64,000 bases of DNA from Chrysomallon squamiferum (lineage: Eukaryota; Animalia; Mollusca): contig CM022677.1 in the NCBI GenBank assembly GCA_012295275.1, forward strand, positions 18,352,001 through 18,416,000, given 5' to 3'. The notes beneath the pieces are model-generated. The model saw only the letters and a list, made by a program, of their open reading frames with translations, had not been told where the DNA came from and did no database searches. Position 1 is the stretch's first letter. Each line of letters starts with the position of its first letter. Position numbers and translations under genes: made by a program. Positions 57,586 to 64,000 of the stretch are shown here, in pieces.

Positions 57586-58518
57586 GAGAGAGACTCGTAA
57601 ATACACAGCTTTGTACGATTTCAATTTCTGTCGAGTTTCCGGCAAGGGAAGTAACTCTGTTATCAAACGTCTATCAAAAGAAAAAGACCGGTTATCCCGC
57701 CTGATCTCTTTCCAAACTGGTTTAATATATAACTGAAGCAATATTAAAGGAGACTAATACAATTATAATAACGATTTCAGTATCATCAGTATTTCACATC
57801 AACATTTGAAAAAATACTGTAAATTCAACTAAATAATAATAAATTTATTATAATGGTTTTAAAATATGTGTGTGTACATACATACATACATACATACATA
57901 CATACATAATACATACATACATACATAGATACATACATACATAAATAATACATACATACATACATAGATACATACATACATACATACATAAATACATACA
58001 TACATAGATATATATATATATATATATATAGTAATATTTATAGTGGATAATATGTTATAATTATTTTCTACACTCGTATTTTAATAATTTATTATAAATG
58101 AGGGTTAGTAACAATGTTACGATGCTGGTAAAGGGGAAAATACACTAGTTTATGCATTTTAATCATCTTATTGTAATAATAAATATATATTAATATAGAG
58201 TTAATATGTATTATTTTGAGTGAACGTCCCTTTAGATTTATTACGAGTAATTTGTTGTTTCACATTACCCGATCATGGTACCTAATGAAAAATGTATTTG
58301 AATCTATAAATAGAATGTTTCATTTGAATCGCGAAGTGACACGCATGACACACGCATGAGATAATTTACATTTCAAACACAGGAGATCGTGTTTTATATG
58401 ATAATATGATAATAAAAAATAAAAATAAAACAGACTTTAAAACAAAGTTATCCTTTTATTTAATAAAAAGGGCAAATATTCTATACTGTTATATTCTCAT
58501 TTTTTATTTATTTATTTT

Positions 58519-58561
<43 letters not shown>

Positions 58562-58679
58562 TTATATTTAATATATGCTTGAAGAAACAATAAATGAAAA
58601 AAGATAAAAGATTACTTTTACCAGTGTAGTTAACAATTTAGAATTATTCAAAAGATACTGTGTCGTGTTCTTATTTCGT

Positions 58680-59410
58680 TGTGGGTGTCTCTGTGTATGT
58701 GCATCTGTGTATCTGTGTGTCTATGGGTCTGTGTTACTGTGTATCTGTGTGTCTGTGTGTCTGTGTGCCTGTGTGCCTGTGTGTCTGTGTGTGTCTTTGT
58801 GTCTGTGTTACTGAGTATCTGTGTGTCTTTGTGTATGTGTGTGTGTGCCTGTGTGTCTATGTGTCTCTGTGTCTATGTGTCTATGTGTCTATGTGTCTAT
58901 GTGTCTATGTGTCTATGTGCCTGTGTGTCCAAATGTTTGTGTTTCTGTGTATCTGTGTGTCTGTGTGTCTGTGTATCTGTGTCTGTGTGTCTCTGTGTCT
59001 GTGTGACTACATATCTATGTATCTCTGTGTCTGCGTGTATATATGTCTATGTGCCTGTATGTCTGTGTGTCATCTGTGTATCTGTGTCGCTATGTGCCTG
59101 TGTGTCCGAAAAAGTGTCTGTGTGTCTGTGTATCTGTGTGTCTGTGTGTCTGTGTATCTGGGTGTATCTGTGTCTGTGTGACTACATAAAAGAAATCTCT
59201 GTGTCTGCGACACTGAGAGAGATTTATAAAGAAAGTCTATGTGCCTGTGTGTCTGTGTGTCATCTGTGTATCATTTGTCGCTAAAAGAAAGAAAAAAACA
59301 GACTGTGTGTCTGTGTCTGTGTATCACAGTGTCTATGTTTCAGTGTGTCTGTGTGTCTGTGTAAAAAGAACTGTGACTGTGTGTCTGTGTGAGAAAATGT
59401 CTGTATCTGA
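58680..59410. repeat. Degenerate (TGTGTC)n/(TG)n low-complexity tract
   Basis: Directly visible; source of the Cys/Val-rich spurious ORFs. Confidence 0.85.
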
Positions 59411-59639
59411 GTATGCGAGATATTTCAACAAAACATTATCATACAGAAAAAGGAAAGACAGCTTTTAAAAAAAAAAAAAAAAAAAACAACATATTTTTGG
59501 AACTGAGAAAGAAAGACATGACCAGAAATAACAAAATATTAATGTAAGACACAAAACAGTTGGAAGAAATCGGCAAAAAAAAAATAAAAATGATTTAACA
59601 GAGAGACTGAAAAGAAAGACCGAGAGATTGTCAAACAAA

Positions 59640-60510
59640 ACACAGACGAGAAGAAAGACACTGAGAGAGACAGAAAAACAAAGACACTGAAAGGAGAGAA
59701 AAAAAGAAAGACACAGAGAGACAGAAAAAGAAAGACACTAAAGAGAAAAAAGAAAGACAGAAAAAGACAGAAAAAGAAAGACACAGAGAAAAAAAAAAAA
59801 AGACACTGAGAGACAGACAGAAAAAGAAAGACACAGAGAGAGACAGAAAAAAGAAAGACACAGAGAGAGAGACAAAAAAAGAAAGACACTGAGAGAGAGA
59901 AAAAAAAAAAAGGAAAAAGGACACTGAGAGACAGAAAAAGAAAAAAAACACAGAGAGAGACAGAAAAAGAAAGACACTGAGAGAGAGAAAAAGAAAGACA
60001 CAGAGAAAGACACAGAAAAGACACTGAGAGAGACAGAAAAAAGAAAGACATCGAGAGAAAGAAAGAAAAAAAAAGAAAAAGAGAGAGACAGAAAAAAAAG
60101 ACACTGAGAGAGAGACAGAAAAAAAAGACACTGAAAGAGACAGAAAAAAAAGACACAGAGAGAGACAGAAAAAGAAAGACACTGAGAGAGAAAGAAAAAG
60201 AAAGACACAGAGAGACAGACAGAAAAAGAAAGACACCGAGAGACACGGAAAAAGAAAGACACTAGAGACACAGAAAAAGAAAGACACTGAGAGAGACAGA
60301 AAAAGAAAGACACTGAGAGAGACAGAAAAAGAAAGACACTGAGAGAGACAGAAAAAGAAAGAGACTGAGAGAGACAGAAAAAGAAAGACACAGAGAGAGA
60401 CAGAAAAGGAAAGACACTGAGAGAGACAGAAAAAGAAAGACACTGAGAGAGACAGAAAAGGAAAGACACTGAGAGAGACAGAAAAAGAGAGACACAGAGA
60501 GAGACAAAGA
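59640..60510. repeat. Purine-rich ~26-bp degenerate minisatellite (gacactgagagagacagaaaaagaaa)
   Basis: The 26-bp period is clearest at 60280-60480 and decays leftwards. Confidence 0.85.
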
Positions 60511-60814
60511 AACAGTCAGAGAATTAAGGAGTAGTCAACGATACTGAAGAAATAAAATGACAGAAACAAGAAATAGCTAAGAAATAGCTTTTCCTTCTAG
60601 CTTATCTTTTTATATATTATTACTGGAAGAATGAAATTAAGTGAATGAAACAAAGAACGAATAGATGGACGAAAGACAATATAACAAACAGAGAAAGTAG
60701 TACAGCCAAAAGAAATGACCATTTTGTTTCGTTATCACAATGAAGGTTTTAGAACAAGAACAATTATTTCTGAAAGTATTTAATGTACGAGCTAATTAGA
60801 CTTAGTAGTCAGAA

Positions 60815-61030
60815 AAAAATAAAAATAATAACTAACAATAGAAAGCAAATGAAAATAATAACTAATAATAGAAAATAAATAAAAATATTAACTAATCATA
60901 GAAAACAAATAAAATTATAGCTAATAATTGAAAATAAATAAAAATTATACATAATAATCAAAAATTAATAAAAATAATAACTAATAATAGAAAAAAAAAA
61001 AATAAAAATAATAACTAATAATAGAAAAAA
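60815..61030. repeat. AT-rich ~29-bp degenerate tandem repeat (aaataaaaataataactaataatagaaaa), about 7 copies
   Basis: Recurring aataactaataatagaaa motif. Confidence 0.7.
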
Positions 61031-61719
61031 AAAAAAAAAAAAAACTTTCTTTTGTTTTATCTTTTTTTTGACGAATTGCTTTTAGATCGTTGTAGTGTTG
61101 TCTTCAACTGGTTGTGTTGTTTGATATTCTGCCTGACAGCAGTAGAGCTATTTCACATTCCTATTGCGCACGCAATACTGAAGATTGTATCTTTATTCAC
61201 ATACTCACGCACACACCTACATACTTGTAAAAAGCCTTCTAAGTATTTGCAACTCGAAGTACCAAAAACATCAACTTGTTGCGGCAGACTGAGTAATAAA
61301 GAACACAATTAAAACTATTGTTTTCTCGATACAAGACTTTTCAAGATATCGCTGTCATACGTCACCTAGCTAACATGTCGTTACGTCATTCGCTGAGGGA
61401 GACTGTAAATATACGTCAGAGTTTAATCTCCTCTTTATTAGTTGTTTGTTCATGTGCGCAATCTCACGAACTTTATTCGTCGCCTTCTCTCTCTCTCTCT
61501 CTCTCTCCCTCTGTCTCCGATCTCTCTCTCTATATATATCCCATTATCTCTATCTATCTCTCTGTCGAAAACTATGAAACAAAGGGGGAAAAAAATACCA
61601 ATCCAAGATAAGTCAGTCTAAATTTCACACTCGACTGAATTCATTTTTGATCATGCAATGCTGGAAGGGTTTTTTTTTTTTTTTTTCGTTGCGTGTCCTG
61701 CTGGTTCGTTTCAGAGAAT

Positions 61720-61859
<140 letters not shown>

Positions 61860-62179
61860 TCTCTCCCTCTTTCTGTGTGTGTGTGTATGTGTGTGTGTGT
61901 GTTATTATTGTGTTGTTCAGTCGAGGGTCGTCAGTGGAAACACAAACACACAGAAACAGAAACAGACACACACACATACATACATATACATATACACATT
62001 ATCTATCTATCTATATACAAATGTTGTCTTTCATATATATTTATAGCATCAATTTGTTTTGGGTTTTTTGTTTTGTTGAGATTTTCATAAACAAAGAAGG
62101 ACGCAAACAAATAAAATGATGTAGACTAATACTGTACTTAATCTGCGTTGTCAATATAACTGTCTCAATAATAATAATC

Positions 62180-62254
<75 letters not shown>

Positions 62255-63924
62255 CCACATTGAGAATAATTAATTTTCAGTTACACTTCAACAAATATAT
62301 CTCAGAGATATCTTACTACACCTGACTCAGTTTATTCTTGTTTCCATGGTTTTGTTGTTGGAGACAACATACATAGAAGAAAATATATAGGAAGGGTAGA
62401 GAAGAAGATGACCTGAATCATGAACTAGTATTGAAAACGAAGAACATCTTAAACATGAAAATACATAAGATTATCTAGTATTGATTTATTTTGTTCATAG
62501 TTGTTTTGTTTCTTTTAGTTTTTTGTTTTTGTTGTCATCGTTGTTGTATTTCATATACATAATATTTTGTTCCCTTGTGTGTCCAAGAAAGGCGTACTTT
62601 AATGTCCAGTGGAAAAATGTTTGATTCAGAGAGCTGGATCAAAAATAAACAGTGCCGATCTTTTTGTAATCACGTCTTTGTGTTTTTTTTTTTTTTTTTT
62701 TTTTCTCTTTTTTAAAATGCCCTTTGTATTTATATCATACATTTTTATTCCAATTACAATTCTTGTTTTTAAAAATTATTATCTATTTTTAAAATTTTAT
62801 TTATTAATATTATTATTTTTTCACATTTATTTATTCATTAATTTATGTTCGAACTGAAGATTTAGATATAAAATTTATTAAAAATCACTAATACGTATTT
62901 TTTTTTCGTTTTGATTATTTTATTTTTTGATCATTTTATTTTCTGACCAATTATATATATATATATATATTTATATTTATTTATTTTATATATGTTTATT
63001 TATTTATTTTGGCGTGTTTACGTGTGACAGTAAGACTTGACCCATTTTATTTTGGTGCCAGTTCATTGAAACTGCGAACTGTGATTGTTCCTTTGATGTT
63101 TTCTGACGACTCTAATAATAGAGTAATATGGCAGATCATTACTGATTTATGTGAAAAATAAATAAATAAATAAATAAGTAAATAAATAAATAATTTGTAT
63201 TTCTTTGAAAACAATAATAAGTAAGGTTGTTTATTATTATTATTTTTTTAATACTAAATCAGGACTTTGACGTGACAGTCAGTTTATAACGTCACTATTG
63301 TGTTACCTCTGCTTCCAAATACTTATAGTGCTGATATCAGATAGCCCGTTATTCTGAATCACTGTTTTAGAGATAATAACTATATATAAATAAATAAATA
63401 TATATATATAGATGTACGTAACGCACTAGTTACTCACTACATAAAATCATGTGTCTAAGGAATAAACAAACAAGACGATGTTTCAAATTAAAGGGTTTTA
63501 ATATTAGTTAATTCCTGATAGAGAAATGTTAACATTTACAACATGGTAACTCTGGCAAACTGACAAGATTCACAAAACAAATCATGACAAAAAATCTACA
63601 GTTCCAAAAACAAAACAAATCAATCCAATACAAAACATATGACGGTTAGATAAAAAAAAAAATGACTAGCAAGAAATATATTCAACAAAGATATAATCAA
63701 AAACACAATACATGTGTTAATATACGTTACAATTACAGCTGAGAAGTCGATTACATAAACTGCTTGAGTTTCACAAACTCTTCACCTCCTGCAGTTCACT
63801 ACTTTGACACTGCTGTTCTAAAAGACTTTGTACATGAACTTCCTGTACTTGATAAGGTCACATAATTAAAGAGAAAATTCGTTGTCATCGTCTCAGTTAT
63901 CATTATCAGCAAAAGGAACAGCAA

Positions 63925-63986
<62 letters not shown>

Positions 63987-64000
63987 TTATTATTCTTCTT

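Overview
AT-rich, microsatellite-dense animal genomic DNA with GT-AG introns; a lophotrochozoan, probably a mollusc, is inferred from gene style and not proven. Most ORFs in the supplied track are simple-repeat artefacts. The real genes are one + strand CRIB exon of a CDC42 small effector (704-805) and a minus-strand glycosyltransferase cluster. The cluster holds two intact three-coding-exon core-1 beta-1,3-galactosyltransferase (C1GALT1-like, GT31) paralogs of 351 and 365 aa, an intronless GT11 alpha-1,2-fucosyltransferase (361 aa), three decayed C1GALT1 exon-2 fragments and a disrupted TNF-superfamily ligand gene with extra C-terminal fragments. From about 32 to 64 kb the window is a mosaic of local duplications. 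It contains four copies of a Tigger/pogo deletion derivative, three of which share one insertion site, and a 31-unit 89/104-bp tandem array whose single-copy progenitor survives three times nearby. The best candidate system is a possible Fuc-alpha1,2-Gal-beta1,3-GalNAc (H type 3) O-glycan gene cluster undergoing birth-and-death evolution, with the fucosyltransferase in a cassette bounded by direct repeats. All alignments were done by eye.
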